Source: the human T2T-CHM13v2.0 reference genome, Homo sapiens. From it: DNA of 64,000 nt. A program made the translations under genes and the position numbers. The notes under the pieces were generated by a model. That model did not search any database. It was given only the letters and a program-made list of their open reading frames with translations, and was not told where the DNA came from. Below are positions 12,986 through 25,305 of the stretch, one piece after another. Position 1 is the stretch's first letter. The number at the start of each line of letters is the position of its first letter. The stretch lies in the NCBI RefSeq assembly GCF_009914755.1, contig NC_060929.1, one strand, 5' to 3'.

Positions 12986-14414
12986 TTTCCGAATGCCGGT
13001 TGTCCCCTCCGAGAATGAACGTGGAGGACCAAAGTTTGAACAGTCTATTCATTATCACAGAAATAGCATCTATCCTTGTAATATGGTACTTCCTCGCTCG
13101 CTTCTGATATCTATCCATCTGGTACACCTCTAATCAAAACTATTTTTCACATCATTGGATCCTAATCGCCTCAGAATTATGTCGAGAAGCTCTTTGTGGG
13201 GACTGACCAAAGAGTATGAGTTGGCCTCTTGGCTCTGACCAGTTGCAAATTACAAATATCTACTCTTCTGCAGGGCAGGGAGGGGGTGAGTTTGTTGTCC
13301 TAATGAGCAGCATGCTTTTAATGTTGAAAGAAGACCTCTGTGTTTCTAGGATTACATTGTCGTCTGTGCCATCTGCTCTTCTTTTTTGCTATCTAGCTCT
13401 GTTCACAGGATGCAGAGGCGCCGGGAACTCTTAGAAAGAATTGGGTTTAGTGTTTCCTTTCTCTGCTCTCCAGACATTGTCTTGATTTGTAGACTGATTG
13501 GAGACCTGTCTAGTGAATGACTTCTTACGTCAATGATCATGCTTCCTTCTTGCCCTGTGCCTACTATGCTCAGATTCTCAGGATTTAATATTTTCTGACA
13601 TAACTTCCAAGAAGGTATGGCATTGCCAGGGGAAGTAAATATTTCAGGGATGACCCTGCTCAACCAAAAAGGTCTCATCCCTCTACTTGAGGCATCGACC
13701 CTGACCCTCTGGTCTTAACGTTTTGTTCTGCACAGGTGTACATTCACACATCCTGGGCACAGATGCCAGCAGATACAGGAGATAAACAAAACAGTTTCTC
13801 CTTGAGCTTGCACTCCAGCACTGAACAGAGAGCCCCCACCCCGTGCGGCATCACACAAGATGCATCCTTTTGGCTCTCTCAAGGATGATGACAAAACATG
13901 AATTAAGAAAAAAAAATACACTTTTCATGCTTATTTTTAAAATTTTATTTCAAATTTTCAAATGTCTCACCACTTTCCTCTTTTTTATTTCAGGAGAGGA
14001 TGATGCGTGTGGGAGCGGATTACTGAGATGATGACGATATTCTCTGTATAGGGGAATTATCTTATAAAAACATGTACAATTGCTTGTATTTTGTTACAGA
14101 ACCAAGGTTAAGAACTGCATTTACAATGGTTGTGATAAGATTTAGCATTTAAAAAAATTGTAACATATACCAAAATATGCCATAGCTACTAGAATCTAGT
14201 GACGTTGTTTCCATGTGCTTTTTCTTGCACTCTCTTCCTTCCCTCAGTTGAGCTCATCCCCTTTCACACCTAGCTTCATCCCAATGCAACTTCTGGTCCC
14301 TTCCTCTGTGTCCCGTGGGACCTTTTTCTACTGCTGTGATATGTCCTTGTATTCTTAGCATTCTCTTAGAAAGTATCCTTTATTGCCCCACCATAAAGGA
14401 CTTTTTCCATGTAC

Positions 14415-14545
14415 TGTATCAGGTATCCTTCCAAGGTTGCAAGCAGCGTAGAAAACTCTGGAGAAGTTGAGCAAAGGGGAACTTAGTGGAAGGAGAGTGG
14501 GAGCTCAGAGAATCACTAGGCAGGCTATAGCACCAGTGCTAAAAA
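14415..14545 (-). mobile_element. Old MaLR LTR fragment (MLT1-like)
   Basis: tgtatcagg...ggttgcaagcagc...ggaagga...ggagctcagagaatcac. Confidence 0.45.
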
Positions 14546-14574
14546 TGGGCATGGGGAATGTTTCCCAAAAAAAG

Positions 14575-14780
14575 TCCTTCTGTTTTAGAGATGCATACTG
14601 AAATATTTATGACTAAAATGATGCTTTTTCTAGAAGTTGCTCCATTGTAGGGTGGGGGTAGATAGGATTATAAAAGAAACCAGAATAGTCATGAGTTGAT
14701 GAGTTTTGTAGCTGGATGATGGGTACATTTGAGTTCATTTTCTGTCCTCACTAATTTGGGGCATGTTTAAAATTCCCATG
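14575..14780 (+). mobile_element. L1MC-like 3' end
   Basis: ttttagagatgcatactgaaatatttatg...gtcatgagttgat...gctggatgatgggtacat...gtttaaaattccca. Confidence 0.75.
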
Positions 14781-14956
14781 GAAGAAGACAATCAGAATTA
14801 AAAGATGTATCCAAGGCTGGTTGTCCTGAGAGCTACCCACTATTGTACATTAACAGAGATGGATGTCGTGACTCTCCCATAGATATGAAATGCATGCTAA
14901 GGTAGACACACTTGGTTCATAGGTATTTGCTCCGCTTTGATTCAGTCAAGGGGTCT

Positions 14957-15258
14957 GTGTGTGTTAGTGTATGTGAGGGAGTGTGTGTGTGTGTGTGCAT
15001 GTGTATGTGAGGGTGTATGTGTGTGTGTGCATGTGTATGTGAGGGTATATGTGTGTGTGTGTATATGTGTATGTGAGGGTGTATATGTGTGTGTGTGTAT
15101 GTGTATGTGAGGGTGTGTGTGTGTATGTACGTGTATGTGAGGGTGTGTGTGTGTATGTGTATGTGAGGGTGTATGTGTGTGTGTATGTGTATGTGAGGGT
15201 GTGTGTGTGTGTGTTTGTACATATATATGAGGGTGTGTGTGTGTGTGAGTGTGTGTGT
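14957..15258. repeat. Compound TG minisatellite, 9 units anchored by (TATG)TGAGGG
   Basis: GAGGG at 14975, 15009, 15041, 15075, 15109, 15139, 15165, 15195 and 15229, separated by TG/TA runs. Confidence 0.95.
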
Positions 15259-17907
15259 TCTACAAGATGTGGGTGTAAATATATGAATGCCTGCATTCTG
15301 AATTGTGTGTATGTGTGTGGGTATAGGAGTGTGTGTGACTGTGAGTGTGAAATAGATCTGCCAGTGTGCAAAGCCTGAGAGCAGACGTGGCAGAGTTGAA
15401 GGGCCTTTGTTGTCTGTAGCAGGTCCATCTTGTATTTAGTTGACAACTGTTCTGTCTGATAATTCCTGCAGCCTTTGAAGTTTCCATCCAGTGAATATAA
15501 CCCTAAAATATGAATGTCCTTTTCCCCAAACCAAGTATGCTTCATTATTATGAAGGCATGATCTGTATGCTGTCACTCAGTGCAGTATAACTTAAAAACA
15601 TAATCTGCAGTGTAGCTAATTGTCAATAAATTTTCTCCATTATATCTCAAAATTTTTAAAAAAATAAAAAGAAATGGATAGGAACCAAGGTGACCTAGAT
15701 TATTAGGAAGCAGAAAAGGGAGAAAATCGTGAGATGGTGAAGAACTGCCTGATAAGGGAGCTGCAGGTAAAATGAGCAATTACCTTATTTTCATCTCTAT
15801 CACTGGACTGAAGTCCCAATTCCAGGTAGGCAGTGTGTGATGGAATGAGCTTGCTTTTCTGCCTGGTTTCTAGCTGTATCTAGAAGATGACAGGAACGTT
15901 CTGGAAGAAAATGGGATCCTCCAAAGGTGTGATGAGGTGCAATAGGTGTTTGAATTCACCAGGGCCAAGGACTTTGGGTCTAGGGAAGAGAGGTAGTTCC
16001 TCAAAGGGAAATTAGCAAGCTGTTTGGAGAGGGAAGAACAATACCGGTGGCCCCCAGTACTAAATGTCCTCCTTAGTTTGACTCCAAGACTCACAACTGC
16101 TCATTTTTCTCTTTAGCTTTAAAATCTTTAGTAAGATTTTAAAGAACAAATTTGAGACTCCTTTAGTGTGATAACCAAGTGTGGGCCTTCAGGAACAGCC
16201 CCAATTTATGTTTCTTGTTTTCCTCTGGCCTTTTTAGTCCACTTGCAGGCTACAAATACCAGTCACACAAATACTTTCTTTCTTGAAACATGCTGCTTTC
16301 TTCCATTCGCAGATGCCTTGGTTCAAGATTCTCCTTCTACCTGAACTTCCTTTGATTTTCTTTTTTGCGTTACAGGTATTTACTTGTTCCTCTCAATCCA
16401 AATCACATGGCCTGTGTTCCCATTACACTGCATTTCCATGGGCTGGCCTTGCCAATGGTGTTATGGTCAGTGAGGGCATGGCCCTCTCTTCAGGTTACAG
16501 GGTGGGGCACTTGAAAACAGGAAGCATGTCCTTCACCTTTATATCTTCTCTACCGTGGCAACCAGCACCATATATATCAAGTAGAAGGCACCCAACAAGA
16601 CACATATTTTGAGTGACCCTTTCATGCTTTGGTGACTTGTTTATGTTGATTGTAATGTTGGCAGAGATGCATTCACAATGTTGCCTCAATCTACATCTTA
16701 TTAGTGATGGATCTGTACTGACTTCTCCCTCCCTGTCCCCATTCCCCAAATCCTTCTTTTATCTCCTTGTTTCTCCCAAACTCTGCCACTTTTCACATTA
16801 CCCACTGAACCATCAGGAGCAATAGTAAGGACTCTCTAGTTGCCCTGAATCAGGTTGAGAAAGTGTGAGGACTTGTTACCTCAATTGGTCCCTGAATCTT
16901 TAGTTAGAAGATTTGGAGACACTGTAGGTAGTTGTACTTTGCCATACCCTCTACCTTATTTTTTGGTGGCAGTCTTAGAAATTAACATTTATTGAAGTAA
17001 TCAATTATTGCAACAGAAGCACAAGTAAAAGAGGGGGTGGTAGGTAAAGTAGAAATATATCAAGAGAAAACTAACTTTTGCTATTATTTGTATAATTGCC
17101 ACAACCCTAAAAAGAAACTATTTTTCTAAATTTAACATTTGAAAAAGATAGTGGGAAACTTGGAAGTAAAAATGAAAAATAACAAAAAAAAAAAGGTACT
17201 AGGTCATGTTGCTTGCTCTAGATAGTTTTGGCATGGCTAAGATGTGCTAGAAATATTTCATTTTGACATGAACTCTGACCACTTTTCACTTGTAATATCG
17301 CCAGCATACATATATTTACTCAAGACGGGATAGAGTTTGTGATAACAATAGTGGGATGCACTGTGGCCATATTAAGGATTCAACTCACTTATTTGAGCTG
17401 AGTGCATGGGCAGCCTGTAGTGAATGAACTTGAGTGACCTATTTCTTCTTTTTTGTTTAAGAATTAGGACTATAAGCAGCCAAATTATGAATCAGGAACT
17501 AATAGAATGAATAGATGCAAGAAAACAGCATGCAACAATTTAATGAAAGAGAAATGTATTATATATGCTCAAGAAACAAGTAAAATGCCACTTTTAGATT
17601 ACAGTTTTTCCAATCTGTTTATTTGCCTCATTTTCTTTAACTGCTATTTCACTCAACTACAACTTTTAATATTCATTGGGTAAACAATATAGAAAAGCTT
17701 GGTTATTTCAAATCTGTGTTGAGCTCCTTCTAACTTATTTTTATATTTCACCATCTATAATGGAGTATTTACTTATAATAGGACACTACATTTTGCATGG
17801 ATAAGTTATTTCTCTTCTTTCTAAGGTGTCTAAGAATATCAGGTTAGAAAGACATACTGGTTAAATGGTTGATTTTAGTCAAAATCACTGCAGCCCCTTT
17901 GGGATCT

Positions 17908-18070
17908 ACTGTTTTTACAAAGTGTGGTCCTGGGATAATTGTGTCAGTTTCAGGTGGGGATTCATGCTGAAAATGCATATTCCTGTGTCAATTCTAAAGC
18001 CAAATATATAAAAATGTCTGCTAATTTTAACAACCTTCCAGAATCTGTATACACCAGCTTTTGAGAACTG
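17908..18070. mobile_element. MER5-like hAT MITE
   Basis: ctgtttttacaaagtgtggtcc...aaaatgcatattcctg...ttttaacaa...tttgagaactg. Confidence 0.65.
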
Positions 18071-18297
18071 CTCAACTGCAACTTCCGTCTCCTGGGTTCA
18101 AGCAATCCTCCTGTCTCAGCTTCCCAGGTAGCTGCGACTACAGGCGCACGCCACCATGCCTGGCTAATTTTTGTATTTTTAGTAAATGGAGTTTCACATA
18201 TTGGTCAGGCTGGTCTCAAACTCTTGACCTCAGGTGATCCACCCGACTCGGCCTCCTAAAGTGCTGGGATTACGGGCATGAGCCACCACGCCTGGCC
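18070..18297 (-). mobile_element. AluS lacking its 3' end and tail
   Basis: Antisense Alu from ctcaactgcaac to cctggcc; no poly-T tail. Confidence 0.92.
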
Positions 18298-18299
18298 CA

Positions 18300-18520
18300 T
18301 ATTGTTATTTTTTACTAATCAAAGTAATACATTTTATTGTGCAAAATTTGGAAATACAGTAAGCAATTGAGTTAAAAATAATTCACTATCCCACAATGCA
18401 AAATCTTTACAATCATTATATATTTTTTTAAATTGGAAGCACATAAAGAAAAGCCATTAATATTATGCTGTATATACACTCTCCTTTTTCTCACTTAACA
18501 AATCTAATGCTTAACTTAGA
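18300..18520 (-). mobile_element. L1ME-like 3' fragment
   Basis: aaagtaatacattttattgtgcaaaatttggaaatacag...ttttctcacttaaca. Confidence 0.5.
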
Positions 18521-18782
18521 CAGTGCATTTGTAGAAATGCAGTGTTTGGAAAGGAGGAGGATAAAAAATGGTACGGGAGAGTGCAGAGAAAAGAAGAGAG
18601 GAAGAAAAGGAAGGAAGAGAAAGGAGATGAGGGTGATGATGGCAATGTGAAAGTTAATCTAAATGTATGTGTCAGAATAATGTCTTCCTTTTTTTTTTTT
18701 GGTGGTTGGAAATAAATAACTTTAAAAACTCTATAATGAATTATCTGAGGCACCAGAATCTCACTGTTAAAAAACAGATATT

Positions 18783-19096
18783 GGCTGGGAACGCTGGCTC
18801 ATGCCTGTAATCCCAGCACTTTCAGAGAATGAGGCAGGTGGATTGCTTGAGCCCAGGAGTTCCAGACCAGTCTGGGTAACACGGCAGAAACCCATTTCTA
18901 CAAAAAATACAAAAATTAGCCAGGCCCAGTGGCCCATGCCTGTAGTCCAAGCTATTTGGAAGGCTGAAGTGGGAGGATCACTTGAGCCCAGGAGGCAGAG
19001 GTTGCAGTGAGCTGAGATCATGCCACTGTACTCCAGCCTGGGCGACAGAGTCTCACTCTGTCTCAAAAACTAAAACAAATAAATTTAAAAATAAAA
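18783..19096 (+). mobile_element. Full-length AluJ (Jb-like)
   Basis: Dimer with J diagnostics ggattgcttgagcccaggagtt and ggaggatcacttgagcccagg; A-rich tail. Confidence 0.93.
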
Positions 19097-20277
19097 GCCA
19101 GATGTATCTGATGTTTGACAACTTCTTTCCATTAGAGTTGGGAACAGATCACTGGAAAAATGGGGACAGTCAGTTTGATCACAGGATTTGGTTTACCGCT
19201 TGGATTCATTTTACATTTTTTTAAGCAAAATTAACTTGGGAACTTCTTTATATAACTTATTTTTTGCGTGCCTAATATGGAACAGATGCAGTTTTTGTCC
19301 AATGGAAGTGATACTTGAGCTCGTCTAATGAAAATTGTTAAAGTGCCAAGTATTCTTATTCTGTTATTAGGGTTATATTAGGCAACTGGCATTATTCATT
19401 ATTTCTAACTAAAGTGAAACGTGGACCCCCATGCATGAAGATATTTATTACTTATTGATATTTAAAGGTTGTTAAATTAATCTTATTTAAATTGCTCCTA
19501 CTACCAACCACTGTTACAATAATTTATTATATAATATTACTTGAGGGTTTTCTTTTACTTTAGTATAAAACTTGCAAAAGCAATGTATTGCCTGTGGATT
19601 TTTCCTACAGTTCATTGTAACTGTGACTAATTCATCACAGCTGTTTAGACATGCAAAATCTATAATACTTCACAATGTTGATTTTCTGTTTCTAAGACTA
19701 GAGCTTGATTTGAAACCATATAATGAAAAATTACATGCATCTCATTGGAAGAAATATTACTTTAACCACTGGGAGGTGGAAGACCAGGAAGAGCTGTGTG
19801 GCTCTGCAGCTGGGGATAGTGTATGTGAAATTCTGATAGCTTCACTGAACTTTGTTATGTCCCTCGACAGTATTGAGATTAGATCTGTCTTTAGTTTTGT
19901 TCCAGAAGTAATGTTACTGCTTTATTTTTCCTGTTACTCGCAAGAGGTAGTATAGAATGTCTTCCAAAATATAATTCCCCACGAAATATCTAGGGACCTG
20001 TTTTTCTTTTTGTGAGTCATTCATCACTCCTTTCTCTTCTCTTCTTTCTCCTGCTTCTCCTTCATTGCTTCCTTCTCTTTTTTTCTAAAGGACAGTATAC
20101 TATTTTTGAGTTTTCGTCATTCAAAAAGCTGGGGAGAAGCACAAAAGGAAGTGGTGGTTTCCCTCTTTCTGCCTCTTATCAGATCTTATAATGGGTTAAA
20201 GAGGAAAACAAATCAGGGGTAAAGTGAGGCTTTGCGTTTATTGGCGGGGATGGATTGTATCTATTCCATTAACATGG

Positions 20278-20409
20278 ATGATTGAACGCTGCCTCAGTAC
20301 CATTGTATTTGATATTCAAACTGATGCTATCATTTTCTTAGTAATGATTGAAAGCTGCCTCGGTATCATTATGTTTGATATTCAAACCGATGTTATCATT
20401 TTCTTGGTT
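20278..20409. repeat. 66-bp tandem duplication, 2 copies
   Basis: 20278-20343 versus 20344-20409, gapless, about 9 mismatches. Confidence 0.95.
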
Positions 20410-20819
20410 TGCATGTGGAAAAGACTGATGAATTATTAGTTACATCAAATCTTTAACATGTGCAAATTAGTCAAATGCAAAACATGTTTATAATATTCAT
20501 GGTTATTATTCCTCCATTTATATTATTTTTTGAGGCTTCACACAAGAGCAGAAGAATGTGTGAAGGTATTAGCTGCCACTTAGTTGTTTAGAGTTTAAAT
20601 ATTTAAAGCACAGAGACCTTAGTAAAAAGAAGGGATTTATGTGGATACAAGGAAAAATATTGTTTTGTCCACTGAACTGTAGTTATTATATGAAAGCTAA
20701 TGGAAATAGGAGAATTGAAAAATGTAGGTAAACTTGTTGTTTTAAAATACTCAATTTGTATGGAGTTTGGATATTTTATGAAGTAAACAGGAGGTGGGAG
20801 TGGTACAAACTGAGTACCT

Positions 20820-21320
20820 ATTCATTCATTTCTTCAGAAAAATACCCATTTACTAAGGGAATATAGCAACACATAAAATAGATACAGGCTTTGCCTCCAT
20901 GGAGTTAGGACAGGCAGGCATAAATTTAAAACCCACATAAGTTGTATAATTACTAGTGTGACATTGTATGAAGGAAAATGAAGGGGATGACAAGAAAATA
21001 TTAAAGGGATCATAATTGTCATGACCTTGGATGAAGGAAGTCTGTCTTACGGAATTGCTATTTAAGCTTGACTGAGCATGGTGGTTCACACCTGTAATCC
21101 AAGCACTTTGAGAGGCTAAGGTAGGAAAACTGCTTGAGCCCAGGAATCTGAGGCAAGCCTGGGTAACATAGTGAGACCCCATGTTTAATTAAAAAAAAAA
21201 TGTTATTTCAACTCAGGCATAAAACATTAGTAGGAATTAACCAGGAAGGAAATGAAGAGAAGAGCCTTCCAGGCACAGAAACAACAGCATGGCAGTGGTT
21301 TGCTGTGATGGAAGTACCAA
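20820..21320 (-). mobile_element. L2 3' fragment interrupted by a FLAM
   Basis: ttcattcattt tail; ttgcctccatggagtt; gccttccaggcacagaaacaacagcatggcagtgg. Confidence 0.65.
21070..21200 (+). mobile_element. FLAM-C (free left Alu monomer)
   Basis: Monomer ending gcctgggtaacatagtgagacccc plus A tail; degenerate TSD attgctatttaagct / atgttatttcaact. Confidence 0.85.
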
Positions 21321-23176
21321 AAAAATGCTAACTTTTTATATAGTACTTGCTCCATCATGTGTTTTCCATTAGCATATAGTATTTTACATGGATGTTCTAA
21401 CAAAGTATTTTTAGAACCCATATGCAATAACTGAATTATTATACGGTCAGAACAATGAGAAATGTGCAAATAATTTCATGCAATTGTACCTACTCTTTCT
21501 ATATGCAAACACTTTAAAGAATCTTCTAAGAAGATGGCTCTATGAATAACAGGGAGATAACTGCTTTAACTACAACTAACTTTGTGAAACTTGGTTTTCA
21601 GAGCAAACCAGGAAAAAAAGAAATCAGAAACCACATGTCAATACTTTTTAGAAAAGGAAAATAATTTGGTATCTTATCTTGCTGTTACAAATAGGCTGAT
21701 GTCTGAGGTTATATTTAAAGATATTTTTAATAAATAAGACTCAGCAATCAAGTCAGATTTGATTTGCTGGCATAGAATTCATTTGATATAATGACACTTA
21801 AGGGTTGCTTGACTTCTATTCCATTTCCTGATGCCCAATCTCATTATTAAGGTAAGCAACTGTGAAAAAGGGTGACTCTTTAAAACTCTCAGTTTAACAG
21901 TTTCACTTCATTGAATTCTTGTTTAATTTCTTGTTGCCGAATATGAGTGATTGTTTTTAGTATCATTCATGAATGACACATAGAAGATTTGCTGTATAGT
22001 ATCTGGAGGTATTTCTGGAAGTGGGTTTCTGGATTTGAAAATTTTCCATCATCTTGAACCTACTTTTTAAATGTGTCTAAATTAAATAAATCAATTTAAT
22101 TTGTTTGTGAAAGTTCCATCTTCATTCACATAATTACCCAACAGACTTAAACAACTTTTCTAATGTAAAATGTCAGTTAATTATGAATACATATTATTAA
22201 AACCAAACAAGTAGCCAGAAGCATTTTTTTGAATTTGTAATTGGATTTCTGTATGTTTTTCTTAAGAATGCAACTATCAACTTTTATAATGGTAAACCAA
22301 TTGTAATCTTGTTAAACATGCCTTGATTTCAGATAAATAGAATCGTAGCTATCTCTCAAGGAATCAAAAGAAAAAATTATTTTAAATGCAATCTTATTTT
22401 TAAACTGTATTACCCATAAGTAATTTTAGTTATTTAACTTTTTAGAGGAAGCATCTCATTAGCCGTGGGTTAGAAAATCAACTCTCTGTGGCACAATTCA
22501 TTAAAAATAGGATTTCTCGTTCTTGGATAGTGTTTTGTCAATATCAAAGGCTGAAGTATTTAATGAAGTATTTAAAATGCCACGCAATCTAGCAAAGATA
22601 CCTAAGATTTATATGGAAGAGTATATCTTTTATATAAAATTTCCAACTTCTAAAAAAATTAGGACACAGATTGAAGCAGTACTTTCAGAAATATCTGTCA
22701 CCACCACACACCTTCAATTCGAGATGAATGTAGGCTTCACATCACTGGTCTGGGCCAAGTGACATCATGCAAATGGTGGCACTAGTGTCATGAGTAATAA
22801 TGGCTTCCCCCTTCAACCCTGTCAAACTGTATCAGGTTGCTAAGCTCTAACTTTTGTTGCAGAGCTCAATGAAAACTAAAATAAAAAAATAAAACAATTA
22901 CCAGGTTGCTGTGTATGGGTTAGTATAGTGATTTGCCAATAAATAACAATTACCATAGGAATTACCATGGAATGTGAATTTCTTTTTCCTCTTGTTTTGT
23001 TTTCTTTCTTTTTTCTTTTTTTAATGAAATCCATAGAGGTTCTTTCTCTGTAGATTTTATTTTTCTTTCTACTATAAAATTAGAACTTGTCACTCCACTA
23101 TGGGACTCTGACAGTTAAATAATAGTTCACAAATGATTAGCGGAATGAGAAATTACTGCCCACAGAAAGAGCTCTG

Positions 23177-23191
23177 TGACTCAGCAGATAA
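23177..23191 (+). promoter_or_regulatory. NF-E2/NRF2 (ARE/MARE) motif abutting a GATA motif
   Basis: TGACTCAGCA overlapping AGATAA; motif only, function not shown. Confidence 0.3.
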
Positions 23192-24000
23192 AGATATACA
23201 ACTCAAGTTTACCAAGGAAACCCCACTGAACATGTGGAAACGAAAGGCAGATGTAATGCTATCTATTGAAGCACCCAGCCAGTTTGTTACACGTCCCTTA
23301 ATTATCAGAATAATTTTCACTTGAAACTTAAAAACAATTGGCTCACACATATTTCACTTTAAGCATTTTCAGCTTTGAAAGGGGGTTGGTGAATGACATT
23401 AAAAAAGCTCCACACACCCCCTTTTTATCCTCCATCTCCGTTTAATGGAAAAAGGATTCTGGTAATATCCAGCTATCTTGCTAGTACAGCACCAAGCACA
23501 AAGAAAGGACAGTAGGGGTGGTGATTTTAATTATCTATGTAAATTTAACTATGCGCCACAGTCCTGTGATTGAAACTCATTACTTTAACTTTATAGTTTA
23601 GTTATGAGTGTAAACCTCAGCTCAATTAAATTATAAACCAGATCCTGATGGCTCCACATATTCACAGTCTTTGAAGGAAAAACAAAAAGAATATAGACAG
23701 GACACAAGAGCATCTCAGCTATCTTTTCTATGTATGTTATCATCCCCCAAATGCCACTGTGAGGCATGCATGCAAGGTGGTGTATACTGCATTGTAACCT
23801 GTCACTGTGCAACAGAAATAAGCTAATGTTAAGAGTTATTTATCACAAATTTAAAGACAGGACAAAGTAATAGTAGAAGGGTTTTTAAAATTTTGTCTGT
23901 TTTACAGAATAGTGGTCTCATAACCCTCTCCCTCAAAATTGTGTATTAATTAGAACCTCAAGCTCAATTTTTCCCTAATATCTGACATATCTTTTAATAT

Positions 24001-24288
24001 ACATTTTTTGAGACAGAGTCTCATTCTGTCGCTCAGCTGGAGTGCAATGGCGTGATCACAGCTCACTGCAACCTCTGCTCCCGGGTTCAAGTGATTCTCC
24101 TGCCTCAGCCTCCCAAGTAGCTGGGATTACAGACATGTGCCACCACGCCCGGCTAATTTTGTATTTTTAGTAGACACAGGGTTTCACCATGTTGGCCAGG
24201 CTGGTCTCAAACTCCCGACCTCAGGTGATCCACCCACCTCAGCCTCCAAAAGTACTGGGATTGTAGGTGTGAGCCACCCCACCCAGCG
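24001..24288 (-). mobile_element. Full-length AluS (Sx/Sq-like)
   Basis: Antisense dimer with short tail; TSD atcttttaatat at 23989-24000 and 24289-24300. Confidence 0.95.
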
Positions 24289-24829
24289 ATCTTTTAATAT
24301 TTTAGCGTGTGCTATTTCTCATTGTGACAAATAAAAGTCATTCTTCTTGTCTATATTTTTGTTACCTCAGGGGATTATCCATAACTGTCAGATTGTGTAA
24401 GCTCCATTGACTGTAGACTAATTGTCCTTACATTAAATATATTAAAATTTCTAATTGTGGTGAGAAGCAATGCTGCATTTCCCCTTGAGTCACTGTTGAA
24501 TCAGTTTCCTCACATGGGAGATTTATTTAGAGATAGTTTTGCTTCACTTGAAATAATTGAGGACATTCAAAATGCCAAAGTTATTGGATTAACTTGAAAA
24601 GTTGCGTTTGCTCTACAGATTTATTTCAAGTACAAATTTTAAGGTAGGTGCCTTTAATCGACACTTAATTAATGCGTTTACTTTTGTTCGATTATTTCTT
24701 GGAATTATATTTCTTACCTCAGTTGTGATATTTTTATTTGTACCAATGACACACTCAGGAATCTAATAATTTGAGGTTTAATGGGTAATTAAAGCCACTA
24801 GACTTCTCTAGAAGAGGTCATTATTATTA

Positions 24830-25070
24830 GCGATAATAGTAATAAGAGCGAACATTGACTGAGCACTTACCATGTGCCAGGACCCACGCTAAGCATTTCA
24901 GAGGCATTGCCTCACATAATTTTAACAATAATGCTGTTAAGTGGAGTTATTCCCATTATTTATTATCCCTTTCTGGGCTTAGGGATGCTGAATAACCAAA
25001 GGAAGTTTAAAAGCAATTAAGTGGCATAGCCAGGTTTTGGACCTAAGTTCTTTTGACTCCCAAGCCCATA
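24830..25070 (-). mobile_element. MIR SINE
   Basis: gcgaacattgactgagcacttaccatgtgccagg...gccaggttttggacctaagttcttttgactcccaagccca. Confidence 0.85.
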
Positions 25071-25189
25071 TGGTGGGGATAAATTCAATGATAGAACAAT
25101 ATATCATAGTTAAACCTAAACTACAAGTGAGGATAACTAAAGAATGATATGTAGCTATCATCTTATGTGGCTGTCTTTCACTATCAATG

Positions 25190-25305
25190 TTTTATCTACT
25201 AAATTCTTAAAAGCAAATCTCCATCCGTCATATAGATTTGCATCGGGAGCCTAGCACAGCACTTGGCACAGATAGGCTCTCAATAAATATTCGTTCAATT
25301 GAATT
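25190..25305 (+). mobile_element. L2 3' end
   Basis: gcctagcacagcacttggcacagataggctctcaataaatattcgttcaattgaat. Confidence 0.75.

Noticed and set aside
14957-15258. CRISPR-like repeat-spacer periodicity
   Set aside because: Spacers are TG runs rather than unique sequence; primate DNA with no cas genes
14917-15545. 193-aa, 101-aa and 109-aa His/Thr- or Val/Cys-rich ORFs
   Set aside because: Translations of the TG minisatellite; such repeats lack stop codons
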